64,000 bases of DNA from an uncultured Nitrososphaerota archaeon (GCA_963718895.1 CAVRAG010000007.1:192001-256000); one strand, 5' to 3'. Numbered from the stretch's first letter, positions 32,540 through 42,563 are shown. Notes: generated by a model not told the origin, from the letters alone. Translations and numbers: made by a program.

Positions 32540-34123
32540 GGATGATCGACCGCGGCGCCCATAAGCTCTGCTGCGGAACAGACGGCGAGGGTCTCGATAG
32601 ATAGCGCGTGACTCTTCCAGACCACGAACACGATGGTGTAGAATGCGGCGGGGAGAGTGAGCAGCAATTCACCCGAACCCACCCCTGCCATGAACCGCAG
32701 AGCTGCGCCCTTGCCGCGCTCCGTCAGAGCCTTCAGGACGGCTACCTCGACGACACAGGCTGCAAAGACCGAGACCAGGGCGGTTAGGGGTATCAGCACT
32801 CCGCCTCCGAACGTGGACGGCTTGGCGACAAGCACGACGGCCAGGGCGACCGGCACGGGGAGGTAGCTGGCTGTTGAGACCATGACCTTGGAGAGGGTCC
32901 TGACCGCCTCGTTCAGCGGGAGCGCGGACCTGCGCTCGATTCCCAGGTCCTCCACGGTGACCAGGAGGAAGGCGATGAAGAGGGAGAAACCTCCTCCGAC
33001 CTGCGTCCCTACCAGGAGCGCGGACATCCTGACGACCGGCGTCGCAGTGAGCGGCACGACGACCGCGATTACCTCGAAGACAGGTAGCGCGAAGAGGAAG
33101 CCCGTCGCGGGGTTGCGCGATGCGACGCGAAGGTCCTTCAGAACATAGGCCGACAGGGGGGATCGCACTGGGAAAGAGTACTCGACGGCCCGTCGGTGCG
33201 GCGCCCCCGCCCTGGCGGGGAGGACGACCCCGTTGATGATCCGCGAGGCGCCCAGGCCGGCGAGGGCCGCGCCCGCGACGGCGGTGGCAAAGCCCGCGAC
33301 GGCGAGCACCGTAGCGAGGGAGCCCAGGGTCTCTCCGGCCAACGAGGCGACGAGCAGACCGGTCGAGAAAGGGAAGATTAGGGAGACGACCGCGCCGAGC
33401 GGGGTGTCTGGATTGGCGAGCAGGGCGTTCAAGGGCGGCGCGACGAACGAGACCAGGCTGAAGAGGAAGACCGCGCTCATCACGCCCAGCCCCCAGAGCA
33501 TGAAGAGGACCGGCCTGAAGAGGCCGCGCAGTCCCGCCAAGCTCCCTCCCTCGAGCCTCCTCTGGAAGACCGAGGTCAGCCATAGGGCCGTTCCTACCGC
33601 AAGGATCGAGGCCGAGGCCATGGTCACGAGAACCAGGAGCGTCGCGGTGGCCGACCCGGTGAAGTATGCGACGGTGAGGGCCTGGGTGAGGAGGCTCAGC
33701 CCGACTATGTAATCCATGGTCCTCCAGAGCGTGAAGGTCGCTACCGTCGACGTCTCACGCGGGGCGAGGGGGAGCTGTGCGAGGGGCCCGAACGACCCGC
33801 TGCTCACGAACGAAGGGAGGACCTGGACGGAGTAGAGGACGATGTAGCCGAAGACGAGAAGGACGCTGAGTGTGACCGCGACCTCGAGGGAGATCGAGGC
33901 CAGACCTAGCCTGTACAGAAAGAACGGGAAGACGGCGCCCCCCATCGTGAACAGCGAGAAGATCAGCTTGTTGACCGTGGCGCCCCGCAGCGCGCTCGCC
34001 ACGGCTCGGGGGGTCCCCGAATCCTTCATCGAGTAGCCCGACCTCAGGAGGGGCCTGTACACTAGCTCCGTGTAGGAGACCTTGCTGGCCCTCCAAGCCT
34101 CAGCCAGGTCCGTTGGATCTCAC
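32540..34123 (-). CDS. Large multi-pass ABC-2-type permease (ends approximate)
   Basis: Many hydrophobic helices, central AYVLKDLRVASRNP; follows an ABC ATPase; indels near both ends. Confidence 0.7.
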
Positions 34124-34898
34124 CCTCCCTTAGCCTCGCGACCGCCTCGGTGATGAACCCCTCCTCGTTGGTGACCTTGAGGAAGACCTCCTCCAGGGAC
34201 CTGCCCTTGCGGTCCGAGAGGTCCCTGAGCTCCTCCATCGTCCCTTCGGCGACGATCCTCCCCCCGTCGATTATGCCAATCTTCGTGCACATGCTCTCTG
34301 CTACCTCCATCACGTGCGTGGAGAAGATCACGGCCCCGTGCCCCTCGATGTGAAGCAAGACGAGTTCCTTCAGGATCCTGCTGCTCTTCGCGTCGAGCCC
34401 GTTCAGCGGCTCGTCGAGCAGGAGGAGCGGCGGCTCGTGCATCAGGGCGGCTATAACCGAGATCTTCTGCTTCGTCCCGAGCGAGAGAGCGCCCACAGGA
34501 ATGTCCAGGGACGGGCCTATCTCGAAGACCGAGGCGAGACGGGAGACCCTGTCCTGGACCCCCTCGCCGAGCCCCCTCGTCGAGGCCACGAACTCGAAGT
34601 ACTCTCTCGGTGTGAGGGACTCGTAGAGGACCGCGGACTCGGCCACGTAGCCGGTCCGTCGCTTCACCTCGATCCTCTGGGAGACCGGGTCGTACCCCAC
34701 GACGCTGACGGAGCCGCTCGTTGGGGTCTCGAGGCCGCTCAGGATGCGGAGGGTCGTCGTCTTTCCGGCGCCGTTGGGGCCTAGGAGCCCGTAGACCTCA
34801 CCCGGCGAGACCCTGAGGCTCAGTCCCGAGAGGGCGGTGACGGCCCCGTATCTCTTCACGACGTCGGAGGCGTTCACCAGAGGTTGGTCCGGGAGCAA
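34062..34898 (-). CDS. ABC exporter ATP-binding protein
   Basis: GPNGAGKT, LSLGTKQK, LDEPLNGLD, STH. The true stop is probably near 34120. Confidence 0.9.
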   Translation of the reverse strand: MLPDQPLVNASDVVKRYGAVTALSGLSLRVSPGEVYGLLGPNGAGKTTTLRILSGLETPTSGSVSVVGYDPVSQRIEVKRRTGYVAESAVLYESLTPREYFEFVASTRGLGEGVQDRVSRLASVFEIGPSLDIPVGALSLGTKQKISVIAALMHEPPLLLLDEPLNGLDAKSSRILKELVLLHIEGHGAVIFSTHVMEVAESMCTKIGIIDGGRIVAEGTMEELRDLSDRKGRSLEEVFLKVTNEEGFITEAVARLREGEIQRTWLRLGGPARSPTRS

Positions 34899-34954
34899 AC
34901 AGGTTCGGCGCGGACCGGTCGCCTTGGCTATTTATCAATCTCAGCGTCGAGACA

Positions 34955-35428
34955 TCAGGTGTAGTCGCTGTAGTGCGAGGGATACGCCTGTATCAGCTGT
35001 ACGTTCAGCGAAAGGACGTTGACGTACTGGAGCTCGACGTACCGTCCCTGTGGATCGATGTTGTTGTTGACTAGCTGCTGGAGACTTGATACTGGTATCC
35101 CCGTTGCGTTGCTAATGCCGGGGACCTGGGACATGGCGTCCTGCACGGTGATGTCGGGGTCGATTCCTGAGGCCGACTCGTTGAAGGGGCGCTGGTGGAA
35201 GAATATCGGCAGCGTGAAGTTCTGAGCCATCAGGTTCGAGCCGACCGGCTGTCCGTTGAGGTGAACTATCTCGCCGTTTGCCTGGTACGGAAGGATCACC
35301 TGGGCTACCCCCGTTATGAGCAGCGGGAAGAACAGTCCGCAGACGAGCAGCGAGACTATCGCCACGCCGATCACAGGCCGGTACTCGGCCTTCTCTTGTC
35401 CGTCTTTGTTGTCTTTTTTTGTTTCCAA
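34955..35428 (-). CDS. kdpC: K+-transporting ATPase subunit C
   Basis: N-terminal TM, PYQANG, GSNL.AQ.F, SASGIDPDIT, VNVL.LN. Confidence 0.93.
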   Translation of the reverse strand: METKKDNKDGQEKAEYRPVIGVAIVSLLVCGLFFPLLITGVAQVILPYQANGEIVHLNGQPVGSNLMAQNFTLPIFFHQRPFNESASGIDPDITVQDAMSQVPGISNATGIPVSSLQQLVNNNIDPQGRYVELQYVNVLSLNVQLIQAYPSHYSDYT

Positions 35429-35437
35429 CTATCTCAC

Positions 35438-37600
35438 CTATAGCGCCGATATCAGCAGGTCGATCAGCTTGATCCCCACGAACGGGACTATGACCCCTCC
35501 GACTCCGTAGATCAGGATGTTCCGAAGGAAGATGCTCATCGTGCTGGCGGGCTTGAACGTGACCCCGCGCATAGCGAGGGGAATCAGCATCGGGATTATG
35601 GCTGCGTTGAAGATGAGCGCGGAGAGGACGGCGGTGTCCAATCCCAGGTGGAGTATGTTCAGGCCGGTGAGCTCCGGGAGGGTCGCGGCGAAGAGCACGG
35701 GTACTATGGCGAAGTACTTTGCGATGTCGTTGGCGATGCTGAACGCGGTCACGGCGCCCCTCGTCATGAGGAGCTGCTTTCCCAGGAGAACCACGTCGAT
35801 GATCTTCGCGGGGTTGGACTCCAGGTCCACCATGTTCGCCGCCTCCTTCGCGGCCTCTGTTCCCGAGTTCATGGCGAGCCCCACGTCCGCCACCGCCAGC
35901 GCTGGGGCGTCGTTCGTCCCGTCGCCGATCATGGCCACTATCCTCGATTGGGCCTGCTCCCTCTTCACTATCTCGAACTTGTCCTCGGGCTTGGCCCTGG
36001 GGACGAACTCGTCTATGCCTACCTCGGCCGCGATGTTCTTCGCCGTTAGCGGCTGGTCCCCGGTGATCATCACCGGCCTAATCCCCATGGTCTTGACCGC
36101 CTGGATCTTCTCCTTGATCCCCATCTTCAGCACGTCCTTCAGCCTGATGATCCCGAGCATCTCTCCGTTCCTCTCGATGGCGATCGGGGTCTCGCCGGCT
36201 GCCGAGATGCCGTCGGCGACAGTGTCGAACGTGGGCGGTACCGAAGTGACCTTCAGCTTCACGGCGTCAGGCGAACCCTTGATGATCTCCACCTCCGCCT
36301 CGGGGGGGACGTCTCCGGTGCCGACGTCGAAGGTCGAAGACTTCCTCCTGAACCTCGCCCTCTCCGCGCCGCCCTTCGGCAACATGAGGGTCGTGGCCCT
36401 CGATATCTTGACACCGCTCGTTCGGGTGCTGGCCGAGAACTCGTAGGCCTGCGAGAGGGCGAGGGCGTTGAGCTCCCTCGGCACGAAGCCCTTCCCGTAG
36501 GCCAGCCTTATGATGCTCCGGCCCTCGGGAGTGTCGTCAGCCCAGGAGGAAAGGAAGGCCGACTCGCCTACCTCTCTCTCCGTGTGCCCTTCAAAGGGGA
36601 CGAACTGGATTGCTTCCCGGTTCCCCACGGTGATCGTCCCCGTCTTGTCGAGCAGGATGACGTCGGCGTCTCCAGCGGTCTCTATGGCCCTGCCGGACTT
36701 TGCGACGATCTTCCTCTCGTAGAGCCTAGAGATCCCCGAGAGGCCTATGGCAGGCAGGAGCGCCCCGATGGTGGTCGGCAGGAGGCAGACATAGAGCGCG
36801 ATCAGGACCGAGAGGTCCGCCCCTAGGCCGAGCGTGACCGAGAGTCCGAGAAGGGCGACGATGATGATGCTGAATATGGCGGTCAGGCCGATGAGGACCA
36901 TCGTGACCGCCTGCTCGTTAGGCGTCTTCGGCCTCTTGGAGGACTCGACCAGCCTTATCATCTGGTTCAGGTAGCTCTCGCCGGGATTCGCCGCGACTCT
37001 GGCCGTGAGGGTGTCGCTCACAACCACGGATCCGCCGATGAGTGCGTCGCCGGGCGCCTTCCTGACTGGGGCGGATTCGCCGGTGAGCAGGGATTCGTCC
37101 ACCATGGCTATGCCTTCGAGCACCTCTGCGTCGATCGGGACGAGGTCGTTCTTCTCGAGGAGGATCAGCTCGCCCTTCAGGAGCTTGGCTGAGGGCGTCG
37201 GGATTATCTCCCTCGACCAGCCCTGGGTCACGACCTTCTTGCTGATGACCTGCGTCTCGAGCTTCCGTAGGCTGCTCGCAGTGTTCTTCGCCTGCTGCTC
37301 GGCGAGCGCGTCGGAGAGGGTGCTAAACCAGACGGTGATGAGCAGGATCGCGGCGACCTCGACGTAGAAGAGCCGTTCGCCGATGCTCGCAACGTCTACG
37401 AAGCCCTGTGGGTAGATGGCCATCGCGGCGACTATGAAGAAGGTGATCTCGACAATCAGCATCACGGGGTTCGCGACGAGGGAGACCGGGCTGAGACGGA
37501 CCAGGGAGTCGAGCAGAAGCTTGCCCGAGAGGACGCCCGGACCTCGGCGGGGCGGCTCTCCCCCCGGTTTCTGTTCCAACTTGGGTGTCTCTTTGTCCAA
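35438..37600 (-). CDS. kdpB: K+-transporting ATPase subunit B (P-type ATPase)
   Basis: TGESAPV, LPTTIG, DKTGTIT, GDGTNDAPALA, TRGA.T.FS.ANDIAKYF. Confidence 0.96.
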   Translation of the reverse strand: MDKETPKLEQKPGGEPPRRGPGVLSGKLLLDSLVRLSPVSLVANPVMLIVEITFFIVAAMAIYPQGFVDVASIGERLFYVEVAAILLITVWFSTLSDALAEQQAKNTASSLRKLETQVISKKVVTQGWSREIIPTPSAKLLKGELILLEKNDLVPIDAEVLEGIAMVDESLLTGESAPVRKAPGDALIGGSVVVSDTLTARVAANPGESYLNQMIRLVESSKRPKTPNEQAVTMVLIGLTAIFSIIIVALLGLSVTLGLGADLSVLIALYVCLLPTTIGALLPAIGLSGISRLYERKIVAKSGRAIETAGDADVILLDKTGTITVGNREAIQFVPFEGHTEREVGESAFLSSWADDTPEGRSIIRLAYGKGFVPRELNALALSQAYEFSASTRTSGVKISRATTLMLPKGGAERARFRRKSSTFDVGTGDVPPEAEVEIIKGSPDAVKLKVTSVPPTFDTVADGISAAGETPIAIERNGEMLGIIRLKDVLKMGIKEKIQAVKTMGIRPVMITGDQPLTAKNIAAEVGIDEFVPRAKPEDKFEIVKREQAQSRIVAMIGDGTNDAPALAVADVGLAMNSGTEAAKEAANMVDLESNPAKIIDVVLLGKQLLMTRGAVTAFSIANDIAKYFAIVPVLFAATLPELTGLNILHLGLDTAVLSALIFNAAIIPMLIPLAMRGVTFKPASTMSIFLRNILIYGVGGVIVPFVGIKLIDLLISAL

Positions 37601-37605
37601 TTATC

Positions 37606-39258
37606 TCATGCTCCCTGGAAGTAGGAGAGGATCGGTCCGAGCGCCAGGAACGGGAAGAACGTAAGCACCACAAGTATGAGGATGCTCGCGACGAGGACCA
37701 CGGTGAAGATCATGCTGTCGGTCTTGAGACCGACCTCCTCTCCTCTCTTCCTGCCCATCATCGAGCCGGAGAGGGCCACGAGGATCCCGATGGGGGCGTA
37801 CCGGCCCAGGAACATCACGATCGCGGTGGAGACGTTGAAGAAGACCGTGTTCGCGGACGCGCCGAGGAAGTCGGATCCGTTGTTTGCCGCTGCGGTCGTG
37901 AACTCATAGAATATCTGCGTGAAACCTGACGCGCTCGTCCCGACGCCTATGGCGGAAGCGGCTCCAGAGGCATAAGCTAGGACAGTGGGCACGAGGATTA
38001 TCAGGGGATGAATGAGGAATGCCACCATGACTAGCTTTACGTCTCTCGAGGTTATCTTGATCCCGAGGTATTCGGGCGTCCGGCCGGACATCAGCCCCAC
38101 GATGAAGACAGTGATGATGATGTACATCACCATGTACATCAAGCCTACCCCTTTTCCTCCTGGTGTGGACTGGATGAACATCCCCATGAAAGCAGACAGG
38201 ATTACCAGTGCATGCTGCCCCGAAAGGGCGGAGTTGACTGAGCCCGTGGTTACGGCGGTCGTGACGACCGTCCAGAAGGCAGAGAAGAAACCCCCGAACC
38301 GGGTCTCAATGCCCGGGCCCAGTACGGTGTTGGGGATGAACGCTATCCCTAGGTCGATCGCGAAGAGGATGTAAGCTCCGATGAGTATCGGTCTGGTCTC
38401 ACGTCTCTTCCCTAGCATCTGTCCGTAGACGAAGCAGAGGGTCGTCGGCAGGAGCAGCATCAGGAATATCTCGAAGATGTCTGTCGCGGGGCTCGGGTTC
38501 TGGAACGGGTTGGCAGAGTTGGCGCCGTAGTACCCTCCACCGTTGGTGCCGAGCTGCATGATGGAGACCAAGGAGGCTACGGGGCCGATTCGGATGACTT
38601 GGGTAACTCCAGACGCAAGTCCCTCTACAGTCACTGAGTTCACATAGCCGCCTATGGTCTGGGGAATGCCCAACCAGACCAGGATGATAGCGGCTACTAG
38701 GCACAGCGGGATCAGCAAACGGGTGATGGTTCTGACAAAGTCGACGTAGAAATTTCCCATGTCCTTCGCTCCGCCCGTCAGACCTCTGGCGAACGCCACC
38801 GCGACGCAGATGCCCGTCGCAGCCGACGTGAATTGCAGGAACTGGATGGCAGACATCTGGCTGAAATACGAGAGCGCATACTCTCCACTGTAGTGCTGGA
38901 GGTTGGTGTTAGTGGCCATGGATACGACTGTGTTGAGCGCCAGGCTCCATGAGAGACCGGAGAAGTGCTGAGGGTTCAGTGGGAGCATGTTCTGATATGT
39001 CAGAATCACAAAACCGATGGCCATCTGCACGATGTTGACGAGCAGGGCAGCGAAGAAGTACTCCTTCCAACCCATCCGGTGGCTTGAGTTCACTCCGACG
39101 ACGCGGTAGATTCCGTTCTCGATCGGGTTGAGGAGCCTGTCGAGACGACCTGGGGCCCTAGAGAATACCCGGACGACGTAGGGAGCGAGGAGCCAGCCTG
39201 CCAGGATGGCCGACCCGAGGATGCCTATGACGTAGAGTAGGTCTGTGGCGTCTATCAA
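37606..39258 (-). CDS. kdpA: K+-transporting ATPase subunit A
   Basis: TNTNLQHYSGE, LGTNGGG, GRTPEYLG, ANNGS selectivity motifs. Confidence 0.96.
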   Translation of the reverse strand: MIDATDLLYVIGILGSAILAGWLLAPYVVRVFSRAPGRLDRLLNPIENGIYRVVGVNSSHRMGWKEYFFAALLVNIVQMAIGFVILTYQNMLPLNPQHFSGLSWSLALNTVVSMATNTNLQHYSGEYALSYFSQMSAIQFLQFTSAATGICVAVAFARGLTGGAKDMGNFYVDFVRTITRLLIPLCLVAAIILVWLGIPQTIGGYVNSVTVEGLASGVTQVIRIGPVASLVSIMQLGTNGGGYYGANSANPFQNPSPATDIFEIFLMLLLPTTLCFVYGQMLGKRRETRPILIGAYILFAIDLGIAFIPNTVLGPGIETRFGGFFSAFWTVVTTAVTTGSVNSALSGQHALVILSAFMGMFIQSTPGGKGVGLMYMVMYIIITVFIVGLMSGRTPEYLGIKITSRDVKLVMVAFLIHPLIILVPTVLAYASGAASAIGVGTSASGFTQIFYEFTTAAANNGSDFLGASANTVFFNVSTAIVMFLGRYAPIGILVALSGSMMGRKRGEEVGLKTDSMIFTVVLVASILILVVLTFFPFLALGPILSYFQGA

Positions 39259-39322
39259 TTATCCCAAGTTTCTCTTCGTCTATGGTCTCCGTCACCAAGA
39301 TTGTTTGTGAGAATCAGAAAAA

Positions 39323-39619
39323 CTACTGGCGGGGCGCTGTCTTGACCTTCTGCAGCTCCTCGTCACACCTCGGACCCTTGTGCGACTTCAGCACTATCGA
39401 GCTGACGGTGCTCTTGACACCCTTTATCTTCATGATCTTGTTCTTGAGGACCTCCCTGAACTCCTCTATGTCCGAAGCGGAGAGGAGTGTGACGATGTCA
39501 TACTCCCCGGTGACCTCATAGAGCTCTTCTAGGTGGTCGAGCTTCTTGAGGGAAGCCACTACGTCGTCCATGAGGGCTGATTCTACGAAGATGTCAACGA
39601 AGGCTAGTAGTCCGGGCAT
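39323..39619 (-). CDS. Stand-alone Lrp/AsnC ligand-binding (RAM) domain protein
   Basis: YEVTGEYDIV and KIKGVKSTVS motifs; 98 aa with no N-terminal HTH. Confidence 0.85.
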   Translation of the reverse strand: MPGLLAFVDIFVESALMDDVVASLKKLDHLEELYEVTGEYDIVTLLSASDIEEFREVLKNKIMKIKGVKSTVSSIVLKSHKGPRCDEELQKVKTAPRQ

Positions 39620-39794
39620 ATCATTTCATCGGAGTTCGACCATCGTCGAAGATGGTGATATAAGAGTTGCCCCCGTCGACAGCCACCTTATCGCGGGATT
39701 CGACTCCGGAGCAACATTCCAGACCGCCCGCGACCGTCCCGGATGACGCAGAGCCGTCTTCGGGAGCGAAAGTCCTGGAGAGACCTGAAACGGG

Positions 39795-40226
39795 CTATTC
39801 CTGCCTCAGGTATATGGCGAAGCACACCGCTGTCATCAGGTAGTTCAAGGTGTAGAGGCTGATGCAGACGGGACAGAGGGCGTGGATCTTGACCAGCTCA
39901 AGGTACCAGAGGTACAGCGTGAAGATGTTGCCGACCATCAGGAGGGGGATCATGACCTCAACCCGGAGGGAGCCCCGCTTCCTCACGAACCAGTATCCCA
40001 ACAAGAGCATCAGGGGGAACCAGACCAGCCCGTAGATGTAGAGCGAGACGCCGAGGAATTTGGTGTAGCCGCTGTTGAAAACGTTGCCGCAGGACCAGAA
40101 GCTGTTGAGGTTGCATATCGTCGAGCCGGGAGCGGAGTAGTTCGTGATCTCGTCGTATCCGTGGTAGATAGCGACAGGAATCCCGACGGCCGCGAGCGCT
40201 ACAAATGACTTGCTGAGCCTGTCCAT
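39795..40226 (-). CDS. Vitamin K epoxide reductase (VKOR) family protein
   Basis: Four TMs, loop cysteines [11 protein letters not shown], and active-site LCPVC in the last helix; ATG at 40226. Confidence 0.9.
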   Translation of the reverse strand: MDRLSKSFVALAAVGIPVAIYHGYDEITNYSAPGSTICNLNSFWSCGNVFNSGYTKFLGVSLYIYGLVWFPLMLLLGYWFVRKRGSLRVEVMIPLLMVGNIFTLYLWYLELVKIHALCPVCISLYTLNYLMTAVCFAIYLRQE

Positions 40227-41122
40227 CGGGCTTCTTCTCGGACTTGAGTGAGGAGGAGCAAGCTCGCCTGGGCGGCCGGACCCGGCGTCGTAGAGAAGGC
40301 GAGGGTCACCGTGGCGTAGGACTGGGTGCACACCGAAGCGGGCTGGGCCCCGTCGACCTTGCAGATCGCGGTGATCAGCGTGTTGGCCGCACCGTCAATG
40401 AACTGGGCGGTCGTGCTGCCAGAGGTGTTGAGGACGGATGCCACCTGAGTCCAGTTCTGTCCTGAGACGTCCAGCGTCGACTGGGCGCCGCAGTTGACCG
40501 CGTACTGGTTTGCGATGTCGACGAATGGGATGCCACCGCCGGACGACGCCCCTGGGCAGGTGTCATAGCTCGAGATCAGGCTCGACTGCTCTGAGTTCAG
40601 GGTCGTGATGGTGCTCGTGTCCCTGTTGAACTCCTCTATCCCGACGAAGGCGATGTATTGGCTCGTGTAGCTGGCGCTACTGAACGTGAAGGTCGGGGTG
40701 TTGGGGTTTTGGTCGGTCGACGAGGATAGCATGTACTCTAGACCGCTGAAGTTTCCGAACCGGGAAAGTGCTATTATCAGACTCCATCGCTCCACCGCGC
40801 AGTAGGGGCAGTAATCGCCCCCGATGTAGACCACCTCAGGCTTGCCGCCGACGGACAGTGCCGGGCCGGAGATTGCGCTGGGCGTGATCACGCCGCTCGG
40901 CTTACCGATTGTCGAGAGCGTGGAGTCGCTCACCCCGCTCATAGCCTGGAGGACGGATGAAGAGACAGGCTTTCCGATGGAGCCGCAGTATGGACCGCAG
41001 CCCGAAGAGAGGTCGACGATCAGGGTCAGGATCACGATTCCGGCGATGATCGCGACCACTATCGCTATAGTGATGATTCGTCGGTTCCTCTTCTTGGTGT
41101 TGAGCGTCGCGCGCCTGCCCAT
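40199..41122 (-). CDS. DUF929-family membrane-anchored thioredoxin-like protein
   Basis: Basic N-terminus plus TM; [27 protein letters not shown] and IPF (cis-Pro loop equivalent), recognised as the DUF929 pattern. Confidence 0.8.
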   Translation of the reverse strand: MGRRATLNTKKRNRRIITIAIVVAIIAGIVILTLIVDLSSGCGPYCGSIGKPVSSSVLQAMSGVSDSTLSTIGKPSGVITPSAISGPALSVGGKPEVVYIGGDYCPYCAVERWSLIIALSRFGNFSGLEYMLSSSTDQNPNTPTFTFSSASYTSQYIAFVGIEEFNRDTSTITTLNSEQSSLISSYDTCPGASSGGGIPFVDIANQYAVNCGAQSTLDVSGQNWTQVASVLNTSGSTTAQFIDGAANTLITAICKVDGAQPASVCTQSYATVTLAFSTTPGPAAQASLLLLTQVREEARWTGSASHL

Positions 41123-41170
41123 TGTGGAACCCTCATGCGCCCCGCGCAGGGTGGATAAAACGGTTTGGCA

Positions 41171-41677
41171 TCAAAAGTCCCACAGGTCGATGAAACTGTC
41201 CGCCGCGACCGTCAGCAGGTTCCTCTCGAAGATGGCCAGGGCATCACCCACCCGAGCCGGGTCGCGTACTTCGTAGACCGTGCCGTCGAGCGTTATCGTC
41301 TTGCTCACAAGTTCGGCGTGGCAGAGAAGCTCCGTGTGCTCGCTCACGGTCGACTTCGGCAGCCCGGTCGTCGCCGAGATTTCCCCGTTCGCCAGGCGAC
41401 CCCCGCTCACCAGCGCCCGAAGGACGTGCCGCGTGGTCTTGTTGTGGAGGACGGAGTAGAGCCCCCTGGCCCGGCCGTCGAACCCCGCGGGGAAGAGCCT
41501 GGAGTATCCGCCCTCCTTCCAGCAGATGACCTCGCCGGCGCGCTCGAGGTTGTAGACGTGATACCTCGTAGTGTTGAACGACGCGTTCAGGAGCCTCTGC
41601 AGCTGTCTCAGGTGCACTCCGGGGAAGAGTAAGACGAGCTCCTTCGCTCTGAGCCTGTTGATGTTCTCCGCGCTCAC
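41171..41677 (-). CDS. Tandem winged-helix transcriptional regulator
   Basis: PGVHLRQLQR.L......RYHV..LE and a second HTH EIS..TGLPKSTVSEH...L. Confidence 0.8.
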   Translation of the reverse strand: MSAENINRLRAKELVLLFPGVHLRQLQRLLNASFNTTRYHVYNLERAGEVICWKEGGYSRLFPAGFDGRARGLYSVLHNKTTRHVLRALVSGGRLANGEISATTGLPKSTVSEHTELLCHAELVSKTITLDGTVYEVRDPARVGDALAIFERNLLTVAADSFIDLWDF

Positions 41678-41988
41678 ACGTTCAACCCCCTTGCCGGGAC
41701 GATGAGCGCCAGGGCGAAGCTCACCATCATCAGCAGCTCCAGAAAGTGAACGAGGTGGAGGTCCACGTATGGAATGAGTATCAGGAATCCGCCTGTGTAC
41801 AACTCCTGGTAGAGCGTAACGACCTGGTCCGCACAGAGAAGGCCGAACGCGAGCATCAGGAAGAGATACCTGTGCCCGTGCCTCCTCACGAAGGCCCCCA
41901 CGGAGACGACGAAGAGGCCCACAGAGAAGACGACGAGGGCCATGTGGAGTATGTCGTTTGGATCTGAGGTCGTCGGCGAGAGGAGCAT
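41674..41988 (-). CDS. Small 3-TM membrane protein
   Basis: Three hydrophobic segments; stop overlaps the wHTH start; TATA TTATAT upstream. Confidence 0.65.
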   Translation of the reverse strand: MLLSPTTSDPNDILHMALVVFSVGLFVVSVGAFVRRHGHRYLFLMLAFGLLCADQVVTLYQELYTGGFLILIPYVDLHLVHFLELLMMVSFALALIVPARGLNV

Positions 41989-42090
41989 GAACTATCGGTG
42001 CCCGGGATATAACCTACGTTCTATGATTTAAGAGTCGCGTGCGTTCGCACGTTGAGCCACAGAGGACCCACTGGTCCTAGGACGGAAGAC

Positions 42091-42552
42091 CTATGGAGTG
42101 ACGCGCAGCTCCCCATACTGCATGTAGATATGGATGGGACAGGGGATCGAGCAGTAGATCAGGAAGTTCCCTGACTTGTCCGCGACGAAGGCTGGGACGT
42201 GGAGCACCTCTCCGGGTTGGATTGTTACGACGGTGCTCTGGTAGTAGTTCGAGATCTGGAACCCGTGGGCGAAGTTGGCCGTGTTGCAGATGGTTATGTT
42301 GACGGTGCTCCCCTGGGTCACGTCGAGGACGGGCCATGAGCCCGTCCCGTAGTGGAGCTCGCTGTCGTTGTAGCCCAGGTTGGAGGCGACAATGAGGAAC
42401 CCGTCCGCGCCCGAAGGTTTGAAACACCCGGGTGGGAGTGGCTGGCTGCCCGTGCCTCTGCCGAGGCCGAGTTCGTACAGCGGGATGGTGAGGAGTATGG
42501 CGGCGACTATGACAATCCCAATTAGGACGAACAGTCGACGCCTCGGATTCAT
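42091..42552 (-). CDS. Membrane-anchored cupredoxin-domain protein (CuA-like ligand set)
   Basis: N-terminal TM; V.QG.TV.ITI.N...AHGFQI; IQPGE; G.F..YCSIPCPIHIYM.G.L.V. Confidence 0.85.
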   Translation of the reverse strand: MNPRRRLFVLIGIVIVAAILLTIPLYELGLGRGTGSQPLPPGCFKPSGADGFLIVASNLGYNDSELHYGTGSWPVLDVTQGSTVNITICNTANFAHGFQISNYYQSTVVTIQPGEVLHVPAFVADKSGNFLIYCSIPCPIHIYMQYGELRVTP

Positions 42553-42563
42553 AGGTCCCCGAC

